Part shown: positions 38,994 to 50,960 of the stretch, one piece after another
Position numbering within the stretch: position 1 is the stretch's first letter
Layout: each line of letters opens with the position of its first letter
DNA from: Balanoglossus misakiensis
Taxonomy: Eukaryota; Animalia; Hemichordata
Length of the DNA: 64,000 nt
NCBI GenBank assembly: GCA_040954595.2
Contig: CM082589.2
Coordinates: 5,267,186-5,331,185 of the forward strand
Direction: 5' to 3'
Translations under genes and position numbers: made by a program
The notes under the pieces: model-generated
Databases searched by the model: none
Told to the model about the DNA's origin: nothing
Seen by the model: the letters and a program-made list of their open reading frames with translations, nothing else

Positions 38994-40349
38994 TCACGAT
39001 TTCTTCATCATTTCAAGATACTCTTTCTTTTGTCGTTCGTAAATCTTCTTTGCTTCGTCGTATAATTTCAAGTCCCACTCATTCCGTCGCCGGAGTTCAG
39101 CAAGTTCAAAGTCGGTCACCTCGTACTTGTCATGCGGATTAGCGTTAATATGAGTCTCCTCCTTTTGCAAAGGTATACCAAAAATATGACTGAGGATATC
39201 TTGAGAAGTTTTAAAGTTCTCAGTAAGGCCAACAAATGCTACTTTGGTCAGTAAATTGTTCCTTGCAACCAAATAATGCTTTTCCTCTATCTTGGGAATG
39301 GTTTTCACGTCTTCAAGTTTAACGCCTCCACAGCAGTCTTCAAAAGTCGCGTCCACTTCGGGAAAATCGCCAAACTGTAGTAATCTGACGTAGAAATTAT
39401 CCATGTCTTGGAAGTGGATGTCTTGGGTGTTCAGCAAATAGTCTGTCAGATTTTTCGACCTCGCCAAATAGTGAATGCATATCTTGTGAACGCCAAAGCA
39501 GTGCGTCCGCTTGGTGTAGAAATACGTCGATATCAACCTATCCATGGGTTCGCGAAACCATGTTGCATAGGCGAAAGGTCTCTTTGGATACGCGTAGTCA
39601 TGGAGACCAAACGTCCGCTTCGAGAAGAAGAAAGTCTGATCCTTGTACCGTTTAAAACGAAGAGCATGGCGGTACAAGTCACGACAGTGTGCAACGCGCA
39701 TTTTGCGGAGTGTTCCAGTCTTGTTCAGTCCCGGCATCTGAAGAAGAACATTTTCGACGGACGTCCCACCGGCTTTTGGCATGTGAACGAAGGCCACGTT
39801 CGCCTGTCTGTAAGCATCATCGGTCGTGTCGCCGCTGTTGTTACGGCCAGAGAAGAAATTTGGCAGCGGCGCTCGTCCAGAATTTGCCCGGTCTATGCAG
39901 TCCCTCACGTACTCAAATACGACTGAACACTCGTCAGTTCTCGTGCGTGTTATATACTTATCGAGAACATCACACGTGTGAACCTCAGGCAATGCATCGG
40001 CGGCACCCAACCCTTTCGAAGTGTTCACCGGTTGCGAGACGTTCCCGGACAGAGACCTGGCCGACGCCCTACCAGTCGGGACTGGATGCTGCGAGTCGTA
40101 CAAAACATCTGTTTGATTTTTCACCGACGACTTCGGTGTCAGAGGCAGTTCATCTCTTTTGGCCGGGGACCTGGGTGTCGGCGCTAGATGCCGTGAGCTG
40201 TATGTCCCACCTGCTTGGGTTTCGTGCGCAACTCTTCTGGTTGTCTGTTCGTCCTTCCGGTGTCTGACGCTGTAATGTTTGAAGAGCACGGTCGCGAACA
40301 GCAAGACGCAGGCGACCACAGAATACAACAAACGTTTCTTCATATTCAT
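38994..40349 (-). CDS. Golgi type II sulfotransferase, HS6ST-like (ST7), 451 aa, intronless CDS; closest paralog of ST6
   Basis: MNMKKRLLYSVVACVLLFATVLF anchor; long Pro/Ser/Thr stem; FVHMPKAGGTS, WFREPMDRLIS. 5'-UTR acceptor ~40472, candidate donor ~41478. Confidence 0.93.
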   Translation of the reverse strand: MNMKKRLLYSVVACVLLFATVLFKHYSVRHRKDEQTTRRVAHETQAGGTYSSRHLAPTPRSPAKRDELPLTPKSSVKNQTDVLYDSQHPVPTGRASARSLSGNVSQPVNTSKGLGAADALPEVHTCDVLDKYITRTRTDECSVVFEYVRDCIDRANSGRAPLPNFFSGRNNSGDTTDDAYRQANVAFVHMPKAGGTSVENVLLQMPGLNKTGTLRKMRVAHCRDLYRHALRFKRYKDQTFFFSKRTFGLHDYAYPKRPFAYATWFREPMDRLISTYFYTKRTHCFGVHKICIHYLARSKNLTDYLLNTQDIHFQDMDNFYVRLLQFGDFPEVDATFEDCCGGVKLEDVKTIPKIEEKHYLVARNNLLTKVAFVGLTENFKTSQDILSHIFGIPLQKEETHINANPHDKYEVTDFELAELRRRNEWDLKLYDEAKKIYERQKKEYLEMMKKS

Positions 40350-42149
40350 GTCTGATTACTTTTTCCGGAGCAATGTGTTGACAGGAACACCGGAATTCTT
40401 CGTTTTCTTTTATAATGTACTGTCGTTAACACAACTCTTCAGAAATGATGACTAGATCTCATTCATATTCTCTGGAAAAATGCAAAAATCATAAAAAACG
40501 ATTAAAGCTTGGATATACTGCAGATTTCTGAGAAATACTCGATATGATATTTCAAATAATTGTCGGTAAGCCCATAAAAATGACATCCATTCGTTAATAA
40601 CTACCTGTCATTGAGTGTTATATGCCACGATTAAATGATTATATGCGAAAGAGGTAATTATGGTCAATTTTTCGAAAATTTGCAGTCAAATTTGCTTGCT
40701 TTTACCACCGTTGATCATTCTAATATAATAATCTCATATAATTCCGTGGTTACTTCAGGGGGCCACAAGCTTGCTAGTTGATGACATAAATTTAATTATG
40801 TCAGTTAATACTTCAGAAATACTGGATATCAAATACTCTACTCCTAAACCCTCAAATGACTGGCGTTCATGCATGCTGTGGTGTTATGAACTCGTCCCCG
40901 ATATGGGGTATGTACTATTCGTGGAGTAGCCTACTATTAATTGTATGACACTGAAATGCTCTCGTACACTTTTCAATCGAATATAACTGATGACGACCCT
41001 TTGCTATAGTATATGCAAGTGTGTACGATTAGTATAAGCAGATATTTTAAGGCGAGTTTCACTTCTCAAAAAATATAAGTGGAAGGGCGTTGTTTAGTTC
41101 TGACCTGAAATAGGGGCACAGCACAGGGAGTTTAAACACGATAAAGCAGATACCATAGAAGCTTTTGTTACATACATGTACTTAAGAATGTGTGGGTTCC
41201 ATAATTTGTCTAATCACACCATAGTTGCCATCCGTAGCAGGGTAATTAAACAATATAAGCTACTTATGTGCGACATTATGGGCATGCAGTGGGATCTGTA
41301 ATGACGCTGGCAGGATCCCCCGACGCGAAATTTAGGTTTTACATTCATGTATAGGAAGCAAAATTGTCTGCTCGCACACGCTTAATGTTTTATCACATTT
41401 CACCAAAAAGAATTAATTTAACTTGCTTATATACCAGTATCAGATTTAAAACTTAAAATCAACTTGAATTCAACTTACCATTCCTCCACGAAATCCTGGC
41501 ATAGTTTCTTGCTGAACAAACACTGTCCACAGACAACGACGTGGTCCACGACTATCGCTGTGGTTCCGGATGTCTTGTTGCAGAGGAACCCCCAGCCCAT
41601 AAGCCTCGCACTATCAAGCGTATCCGATGATACATAAAAGTTTTCTGTTTACAAGCATGTCCACAAGGACTTTGCCAGCGTGGCACTGGTGAAAAACACG
41701 AGGCGTCTAACGTCATTTGGTTATGATCTTCTGTTCCATCCCCGATTCGCGCGCACGCGCGTTCCGATTGATACACTTGTACGTAGATTCGAAGTTCCCA
41801 GGAAACCGCTCTGAGACACGTCAATCGAATAGTTCAAGTACTCAGCGACACGTCAACGAAACTTTGACAAATAAACAGCTTTACGTGGACAGGTCATTTG
41901 ACTTGAACGTTTTTGACCAACTGTCAAACATTTCACTCCATATATCTATAGACAAATCGTTGACAGGGCCCATACGCTTCTACAAGTCCTTGAAGGCAGT
42001 GGACTTCTCAACAAATTGCAACTTCTTGAAAATCGTTTACAGCCCGGAGATTCCGTAAACTGACTGAAGAGGCAAAGTCGCTCATTTGTGACATTATTTT
42101 GGTTATGTTTCTTAACTTCTGATGCGATATTATTTTGTTGCTCTACTCA

Positions 42150-42600
42150 CTGAAGTATGCTCAATTGAATAACCAGTTGTCGCTGGCCAATTCAAATCCT
42201 GTACAATGTACATGGATATATGATGACATAATACCAAAAATTGTCACTCAGTGTCAGAAAAATCCAGTGTATGCATGGTTTGGGTCGTAACAACCAGCCA
42301 TTAATAGGCCTAACAGAGACCAAAAAGAAAGTGAAATAACATCCAACGATATAGGATTGATTGCAATGTCTATCTGTTTCTGTCCGTCAGACCCGTATCG
42401 ACCATTCCCCGTGACATGTGATATGGGGGAAATGATAAGGTCACATAACTTCGTGCTGCGTGTCTGAGGCGTTGGAGTGAAATGTAATACGCGTCACCAG
42501 TGATAAGTTTCTGGCAACCGTGATTTTTCCTAGAAGCGCCACCACCGACGCCCGACAAATTTTGAACGTCTAAAATCTGATGCAATCATAATTCATACTC
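42150..42600 (-). pseudogene. Possible third decayed SLC16/MCT-like fragment (TM7-TM10 region)
   Basis: Frameshifted minus-strand pieces YHMSRGMVDTGLT / KQIDIA..ISLDVISL / SVRPINGWLL / FLTLSDNFWYYVII resemble MCT HLVARAVxxGI..AAFLLSIIG..GRxxHGW. Confidence 0.38.
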
Positions 42601-43250
42601 CCCAACGCTGTTATAACTTGCGACTTTATGAAAGTCGCGGATTTTAGAAATGTCCTTAACTACATGTCGCTTACATTCCTCTAGTCTGGTAACCCCCCGC
42701 ACTATAGCAATATTGTGCAATCTTAGCGATTAAGCAAAGAGAAAGAAAATTTTTTAACGCACATTAAATTTGTATTTAAACACAGGTAGGGATATTTGAC
42801 GTCCATACTTGCTCTCGTACATAAAATACACATAGACTGTAGATCTAGAGTCAATAAAATGCATGCGCAGACAAACATATGAAATTACTACATTAATAAA
42901 GCATATGGCCACAGATTTTGCTAACATTTCAACAATATCCAATTATGGCAAAATACTTCAAATTATGCTTCTCTTTCGACTGGAATGCCTGCTATATGCA
43001 CGTATGCCTTTACCACAACAATGGTTGGACTCGGAGATACGTTTGAAAGCGGAATTTTAACTATGTCCCCAGCATTCACTTTTCATAAAGGCCTAGTTTG
43101 TTCTTTCGCGGTTAGTTCGCCGATGGCTTCGTGTTTAATCCCGGTTAAATCCGTCCTTCGCCTGAGCGGTCGTTGGGTATTCGGGTGCATGGTAGGAGTT
43201 ACATGTGTCAGTCGGGACCTAATTTGTCAATAGGGTGTTACATGTCATCA

Positions 43251-43369
43251 GCCATTTTGGATTCAGCAGACAGACATTCCCCCTTCCATTACGAAAATAC
43301 CCAGAATGCTTTACGAGTGACAGGCCCGAAGATCACTTTCCCAGATAAGGGAAGTATTTGCGCATGTGC
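43251..43369. promoter_or_regulatory. Promoter-like motif cluster (YY1-, ZNF143/Staf- and NRF1-like)
   Basis: GCCATTTTGG (43251), TACCCAGAATGCTTTACG (43298-43315), TGCGCATGTGC (43359-43369), followed by donor-like CAG|GTATGT (~43394). Confidence 0.35.
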
Positions 43370-46300
43370 TTCAAACGGTGAATACGATTACAGGTATGTG
43401 CAGACAAGCAGGAACATTTTCGCGTCAAATCTCAGGTTATATTCTTAGTGTCTGGCGGACTTTACATTGTCCTAGACACAGTTTCGAACTATTTCACCCA
43501 TTAGCCTATATTTTCTTCAGGTATGCGTGTACTCCATGGCCGAGACAGTCGTCGCATATACACGTACTGGCTTTTACGATTCCTGTCTGCCAATAAAAGA
43601 GCTCGACCGAATAAAACCAACATTGTTTTAATTTTTTTAGTTAGGATTTCCGAATAATACATAAATAAAATAAATGTGTCTGTCTGTCGTCTTCTTGCTG
43701 AATTTGTTGTGTTGTGCTGTTTAGTACGTTCCGTAGTTTTTTCAATGACCCCCGTTTCCCGAGAAAGTCTAATGTCTTATTATTCTTAGCGAGAAAGTCG
43801 GTGCAAAGAGTACTAGTTGTATTGGGTTCAAGCTTTCTCGGACAGACTGTCAGTATCGGGTGGACCAACCTGTTTGAGAAGTGAAGGCGCATACAAACAA
43901 CCTTGAGTGTTTTCGATGCGAATTACCGCGAATTATATGTTTTCAACTAAATTAAACTTCAGTTTACTTTGTTTGGGTTACGAGACTGTAAACACTCGAA
44001 AAGGCGTTGAACAGTTGTTATTGTATCGCGACATTTGTAGCTCTGAATGGTGAGTTTGTTCCTCGGAGTGACAGCTTAGAAGTCTCTCCCCACGGTCATG
44101 TAATGTGGCCGCTTGGCCAGGGGAAAAAGCCCAGACGATGAACAGGGTACGTTTTGAAACCTAGGACTTTAAACGTCTCACTTTGAGAAGAAGAAAAAAA
44201 GAGCAAATGGGTCTCTTGCAAGCCACCATGAAATGGCCATTCTTCCGGTGAAAGAAACAAAAAGCGGCTGTGAAATTCTCAACTCCTTAAAACGCGGCAA
44301 AATGATCCGGAGTGATACAGTGCCGTGTATGGAAACCCCTTCACAATTGGCCAGGGGTGGTACTTTAAGAAGAGAATGGCGTACAATTGAAGTGGCGCGC
44401 AGTACGCGGAACACGCGGACAATGCCTTGAGAGCAATTTGGCCCGGGACCGTTGGGGTGTCGTGTTCCAGGGCCCGTCTGATATCCTCCCCATTGAGCGT
44501 GCAGCGGCAACAAAGAAATATTGAAAAAAAATCCCACTGGGTCTCGAAATAAGCACTTTGCAAGCATCCTGGGTCTACTAAGTACCGGGGGTTGCTTCCA
44601 CGCTCATTTGGTATTCGTCGAACTGCAAACCCATTGGTCAATCAACTTTTCACTTTTTTGAGGGGTTGCGCGCAAGCTTCCTCTGGCGAAGGGATAGTAC
44701 CCTGGTCGACTGCCGTCCCATCGCTTATTGGACTTGGGGGAGTGAGGATCAGCAGCTCGATTGTGTTGAGGCAGCCCTGCACTAAATTGGAAACTTGCCA
44801 GTTTGGGTTTGCATAGACCTAGGTAAGCACTTCATAATTTATACTTTAGACTTTAGAAAATCATATTTTCATACCCAGGTCTAGTTTTTGTTCTAAATAT
44901 TATCATCAAAAACTACATTACTAATGGTATACTTGTGCTAATTGATTACCTGGTGGACTGCAACGTCGTTGGTAATTTTTATCCACGCGTCCAGTCATCA
45001 CGAGAAATGTCTTTGCACACTCGTAAAGTACTGCTTTTACAGACAAATTTTATGGATTTACAAAACATTTTGGTGATACGGTTTTTATTTTATCGATCGT
45101 CAGTGACGACCAGTTTTCTTCACGCACTCGTAGAAATGAGATCACTTTTGCCTAAAACTGCCCGTGCATTGTGTATCTGGCAGACTTCAATTTCAACCGC
45201 TTCGTTTCATTTTGACCAACTAAACCCAAGTTGAATAGACGCTTGCCGGGTGTCCTGCCTGCCATGTGAAAAGTGTTTTTGCACAATTATGTTTGATACT
45301 CTTTGAGAAACGACCAGGTCATCACATTAATTGAGGGTAACGTCAAAGATAAACACAAGTTTTGGCCCAAAACAAAGGACCCAGGACTGCACTAAGCCCC
45401 CTTTGTGGTCAACTTAATACTACCCTGAAGCCGAAATCTTTATGAAAAGCACAAAACAGCCAAGATTATTTAGTACATCTGTGGGATAAGCCAATATACC
45501 CTTAGAGTAGATTTTAGGCACCGCAATGAGTGCCTCCGAAAATATAATGAAAGTTGACTGCAACGTTTTTTAGTTATAGAAGTGGACGCAAAATCAGATA
45601 GGATTGAAAAGTTAGAAGTTAAGTCTCAATTGTATAGAATAAGGTTTTGATCTCAACATGACCCCTTGTAGATTGTTCATTATGCGCCTGTCTCTCTCTG
45701 TCCCTCCCTCTCCCTCCTTTCTCCCTCTCTTGCCATCTTCTCTCTCTTGCCAACACTGAAAGAGTCATAGCCTACCAATTTCAAAATCAACACCGTGTGT
45801 GGTTTCAAATTCTGCCTCGGAGGAGAAAACATGCTTCCGTTCCACGCACATTGCAGACAAAGCCTTGTGGGTAGCACTAGTACCTCCCCCAAATTGCCCC
45901 CCAAAAAACTTCCAGGTATTCGGTCGATTGTCATCTAAATATTTCTGTGTCTGAAAACTTGATTTACTTCTACACGGCAACATCAATGAAACCTTTGAGA
46001 GATGTATTACCGCCTTTCACCGCTGTCGTAACTGCAGAATGATAGGAACTTAGAAAGTTTCACTAGAAGTGATACCTCGATAAATCCCCGGACAGGAAAA
46101 AAAAAACTATTAGGTATTTTATCGGAGCTTGAATATTTTCTGCATGTCTGCCTCAGTGTCTGTCTGCCTGTCTATCCCCTCTCCTATTTAAAGAGTATAT
46201 TAGCTCTCAGACAAAGAGACACAAATTTGAACTTTTTCTTTGTAATTAGCCTAAAATTCGGGTTCGAAAACACTGTCAAGATACCCGGATGTAGAGTTTC

Positions 46301-46580
46301 TCCGAAGGGCGTAGGCAGGAAGGATTATCACATTTTACTTTCATGTCCGTATCAGCTCATATTCTTCTTGTGGTTAACCGACGAAAAGAGTATTTTTGAT
46401 GATCAAGTGGCCATGTGTTTGCACACTGGTAGTCGACGCACTTGGTCAATTTTTGTACTCTTTCAAGAAGCGAATGCATACGTCTTGCCTGTAGTGTTCT
46501 TTACAAGGGCATTGGTGTCGACGGTGATGGTAGTGCTGGGGAGTTGTGACGACAGACGTTTGCGAATTGTGGAGGTTGTG

Positions 46581-46614
46581 TGATGATGATGATGACGATG
46601 ACGATGACGATGAC

Positions 46615-46691
<77 letters not shown>

Positions 46692-46692
46692 C
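46581..46692. repeat. (GAT/GAC)n microsatellite
   Basis: Direct reading; it produces spurious poly-H/I/M ORFs. Confidence 0.97.
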
Positions 46693-49600
46693 GAGGAGTA
46701 GTTTTTTGCAGAAAATCACTCACACTTCTTATTCTGTTCTTATTAACAAAACCTCCCCGACCTATCGAATTCTCCTAGCCAAGTTATGCGTCAACAATTA
46801 TCGAACCAACGCCAGCCTAACGACCCATGTTAAAGGTTCGTTTTCCAAAGCGAGAAATCAGGGTGCTAAAATATCCATTCACGTCACCTTTCCGTTGTGT
46901 GCGGTGTGGGAATGGGTGAACACGATACCCGATGGTGTTAACTCCACTAAATGGGACGTTTTGGGTACGGAAGGGCGGAGAAGTGGACCCCCTGATTTGC
47001 AGTGACCGGTAGCTGGAGCCATGATCTGTTTACAGCCATTTAGAATGTCTGGCAATCCTCATTTGAAAAACGTGCAAGTCAATTTGTACCTGGGCATGGT
47101 GTCGAGTGTCGTGTTGCGGTTTGTCTGTCGAGTCTTTCAAACTCGCAGAGGCCTTTGTGGAATGTTAATGCACTTCGTAAACGCTTTTGAGACCTGTCGG
47201 ACTAATAGTTCCGAATTAAGGCGAAGGTCACCTCGGTTTTCTCAACAGAATGATATTTTTTTAGATGTCAAGTGTTTGAAAGTATCCTTTGGGTTTGAAG
47301 TGTTGACTTTCCATTTTCTATTAGTGACGCATGCGCGTTGCATCTGTAATCCTATTGGCTGAAAGGTTTTTACTTGTCCACTTGGGTTTATGGAGTCGGT
47401 TTAGTTTCAGACAACTTTTCTCTGATTGTGTGGCAGTTAGAGAAAAGATGGAGTGAAGTTTTTATCAGAGAGTATTACATCGGAAATTCAAGCGAATTTT
47501 TTGTCATACACAACCTAGGAGGCATATATGATGTGGCTTAATATGAAAAGTGCGTGTGACATGAGTTATGGGTGACCGCGTTGGAGATTTTCTTGTGGGG
47601 GTGGTGTATCCAGAAGGCGATTTTTTCAGTTCACTTGCTGTTTTGTCCTATCCGGAAAACATCTATGCCAGCGCGCCCGTTGTTTGTTTGAACAGTTCCT
47701 TGGCCGACGGCCATGCAAACGCCCGGTCAGCTTCGACCGTCGAAGAAACACCGCCGAGCAGTTCACCCAAGCAGGTCACGGAAACATTCCATCAAACGGG
47801 ACAGGAAATGCTGAGTTTGAACCAAAAGTGGACGTAGAAAGTACTTCAAACAAGTGAAGTGCGCTAGGAACGCGAATATTACGAAATGAAGAGAGCAGCA
47901 CAAAGAATTGACTGTTTGGGGACGCAGCTGTCTAGTTTACTCCGTTCACGCATGCGTACCGAAAGCAGCCACCAGCTGATTTTGCTACCGAACAAAACTC
48001 AACCACGAAAACCCGACCGGCTTAACTGGCTGAAATCCCTACAACAGAATCCAAAAAGTGGAAACTTTTCAAGTCAAAGGCTAACAAATAAAACGATGAG
48101 GTTGATGGGTTATTAATCCAATGGCCCCCTTCAACATTCACTTGCGTCTAATCTGTGTATTATTCTTTTGTGAAACCCGAGATTTGGTTGCAATGGCTGA
48201 ACTTGACAATGGCTTTCAGGGTCATTTGCTTCGTAACACGGCGTTTGTGTTGCATTTAATTGTATTAAATAAAAGACGTCTTTCTATCGCTCCCAAAAAT
48301 AGGGATAGCTTAACGCGATTTCCGTTCGAAGATTGTTGGCAACCAGACATTCCGGCGAAGGGTGTCTTTGTTACAAGTTCAATTCGTGCGTGAAATTACA
48401 GATGAACGTCCGATCGAATCGTTTCGACCCTGGAGACACCTACAAAGTGCGTTGAATAGGAAAATTTCAACTTGTACTTGAACAGAAATGGTTTGATGGA
48501 CAGGGGAGGAGGGTCCGAAGACCACAGACACCGGGGCATCAGTTATCACGACCGCTGTATACGTAGTTACACTGTGTGAAGAGTTCAAGAGATCTGTTTA
48601 CACAATAACATTGATCTCCGTGTATATAAACAGGCGTGGGGATCACATTGAAAACATATTACGGCCCACCTATTTTGCGGCTACCTGCACAGAAATGTTT
48701 ACAATAAAAACTATATAATTTGTGATTCATCATCTTGATTAATCCCCCTCCACCCGGTCATGATTTGCTCGCTGGAGTATTTAAGCTAACACAGTGCAAG
48801 CGGTTGTAGGCCTAATATCAGCGAAACATAAAGTCTTCCTACAGGTACTCTGGGGAACTTGTGAAATTTTACCTTCATTCATCGACACTCCGTGGCTCTG
48901 TTATACAGTTTCTACGTAAAATACGTAACACAAGCTTCAGATAGTTACAGAATATTCTGAATTGAACTTTGAAAAGGAGATATGGAATTTCGGCGAGCCT
49001 TCGACGGTTTACTTCCAACGCGACCGAAAGGTCGGAGTACCTGACTCGGTTGTTTATTTTTCCTTCTAAACACTCCCAGGGATTCGCTGGGCTTTGATTA
49101 CTTTGCAGAAGTAGCCGTGTCTAACAAAATCCCAGCTAAACAGAAACTTCTAACTGATTTCCACCTTAGAAAACGCGAGTCGCTGTGTAAGGCTATAGCA
49201 GATTACAAGCGACCACTTTGACATGGTTTAAAATGTTGGTTCGGTCACACGCAATTTACGGCTTTGGTTTCGGCGCTGGGACAAGTTTGCTTTCCACCGG
49301 AGCAAGTGAAAGGGAACCCTCATTTCAACACAAAGTGGCATACCTGACGTGGCACACAAAGACCCATTGATGGAAAGCGAGCAATTTAAACCCTTTCCTG
49401 TTCACAATCACGGTTTCATTTTTCATTTTTCTTCACCTGTAGTCTGGGTGCAAAGTTTCGGTGATTAGACGGGAGAGTGAAAAGTCGGCATTTCACTCCG
49501 CCGCTGGACCTCAGGGAGTGACTTTCTGGCTTCCAGTTTACTTTTTACTGATTTCTCAAGAATGGCACATTCTAGGTAGGTATATGAAGTTCTTTTTGTT

Positions 49601-50482
49601 AATTCATTCACATTTCTATGTTTCTTAAGCAATCAAAATATTTGTCCCATCGCAAGTTACGTTGACTTCTACGACTGAAAAAACGCAAACTTTCAAAACT
49701 TATCCGATATTATACGAGCTCCACAACAAGCTTTGGTCACATTCTTTTGGGGAGTTTTTGTTCAATTTTCGATCCTGGGTACATGACTCCAAATTCTTAA
49801 GCATGATTTTCAAGCATTTGTGCGCAGCTATGGACCAATTATGGAAACAAAGGGAGCCAGGATTGAACAAATTACGAAAATGAGGTGTGAAAGCGCATTG
49901 CAAACCGAACAGTCTTATTTAGTTGTCAATCACTCATCAGTTAAACGCAAAGCAAAAAATGATGGCTGTGTTGGAAATTAACTGCAGTCGAGAGGTGAAA
50001 TAAGAAATATCTAAATAGCCAACCGTGGTGCCTGGAATTTAAAGAGAGACGTCTTGCGTGAATTCTCTGGTTTCTACATCAATTGATTTTTAGAAATTCC
50101 CTCTAAATATTTATCACGTGATCCCGTTTGTATATTAGTGACCACAGACAATATATTTGGCACATGCTCAAGCCATTCTTTGGCTGAGTAAACTCTCCGT
50201 AAACTGGAAGGTATGGGTACAGAATGCATGCATAATTTACAGCTAATGCGTATAAGTTCACTCTGTGGCGATAAAATCATGCGATGGTAAATACACAAAA
50301 GAGAATCCTCTTTTTCTGGCAAAAAAACTCACAAAATTTGGAAGTCTGCGAATGAGAAATTTCTAATGAAACCTGAGTAGTTTCGTCTCTGGCGCAACTC
50401 TTAGCGATCACACACTCGTGTTGAGTGAAGTGCTTGATGTGGTCGGAGAGTTTTCAGTTATGTACGTATTATGAGAGAGGGG

Positions 50483-50555
<73 letters not shown>

Positions 50556-50556
50556 G
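50483..50556. repeat. (GACA)n microsatellite
   Basis: Direct reading. Confidence 0.97.
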
Positions 50557-50960
50557 CAAGTGGAAACCGGGGAAACTGGAGCTCCAGCGAACTGTGGAGA
50601 CTGTTTTGAGAACAAAGTTTGTAGGCCGACTAGCCACAGCCTAGCGAGGGGATTATCGCGACCACAGTCGAGTATTAGAAGGCAAGCTCTGGTATCAACA
50701 CCTAAGAAACCGAATTCGGCTTTCTTCCAGACCCTGGCGACCGCGATAAGTCTTTGTGTTGATAGTTGTAGCTGCCGTAAGCAGTGAAATTCTATAACGT
50801 TGTTTGGATAACAATTATTATCTGTGAGTGGCTGGTGTGTTAGCCGTGTAAACAGGCCAGGCCAGACCAGGTCTGGCTTTCGTTTCTAGCTTTGTTTTGA
50901 CGAACTTTTCTGTCAACCTGAAATTAAATCTCGCCACCTTTTCCTCTCTCCAGACACAGA

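Noticed and set aside
39408-40267. Long antisense or alternative-frame ORFs overlapping the sulfotransferases (here and in ST1-ST6)
   Set aside because: Shadows of the coding strand; no recognisable motifs, and stops and lengths differ between paralogs.
13424-40349. Bacterial contamination or an operon as the explanation for the intronless cluster
   Set aside because: The genes have Golgi-type signal anchors, spliceosomal 5'-UTR introns and kb-scale spacers with eukaryotic repeats, and are contiguous with intron-rich genes.
46463-47005. Poly-His/Ile/Met ORFs (also poly-Asp/Met/His at 59.05-59.3 and 60.4-60.7 kb)
   Set aside because: Translations of (GAT)n microsatellites, two of them inside collagen introns.
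47568-48116. Two same-frame ORFs (89 and 76 aa) upstream of the collagen gene
   Set aside because: Separated by stops, no recognisable domain, no convincing splice context.
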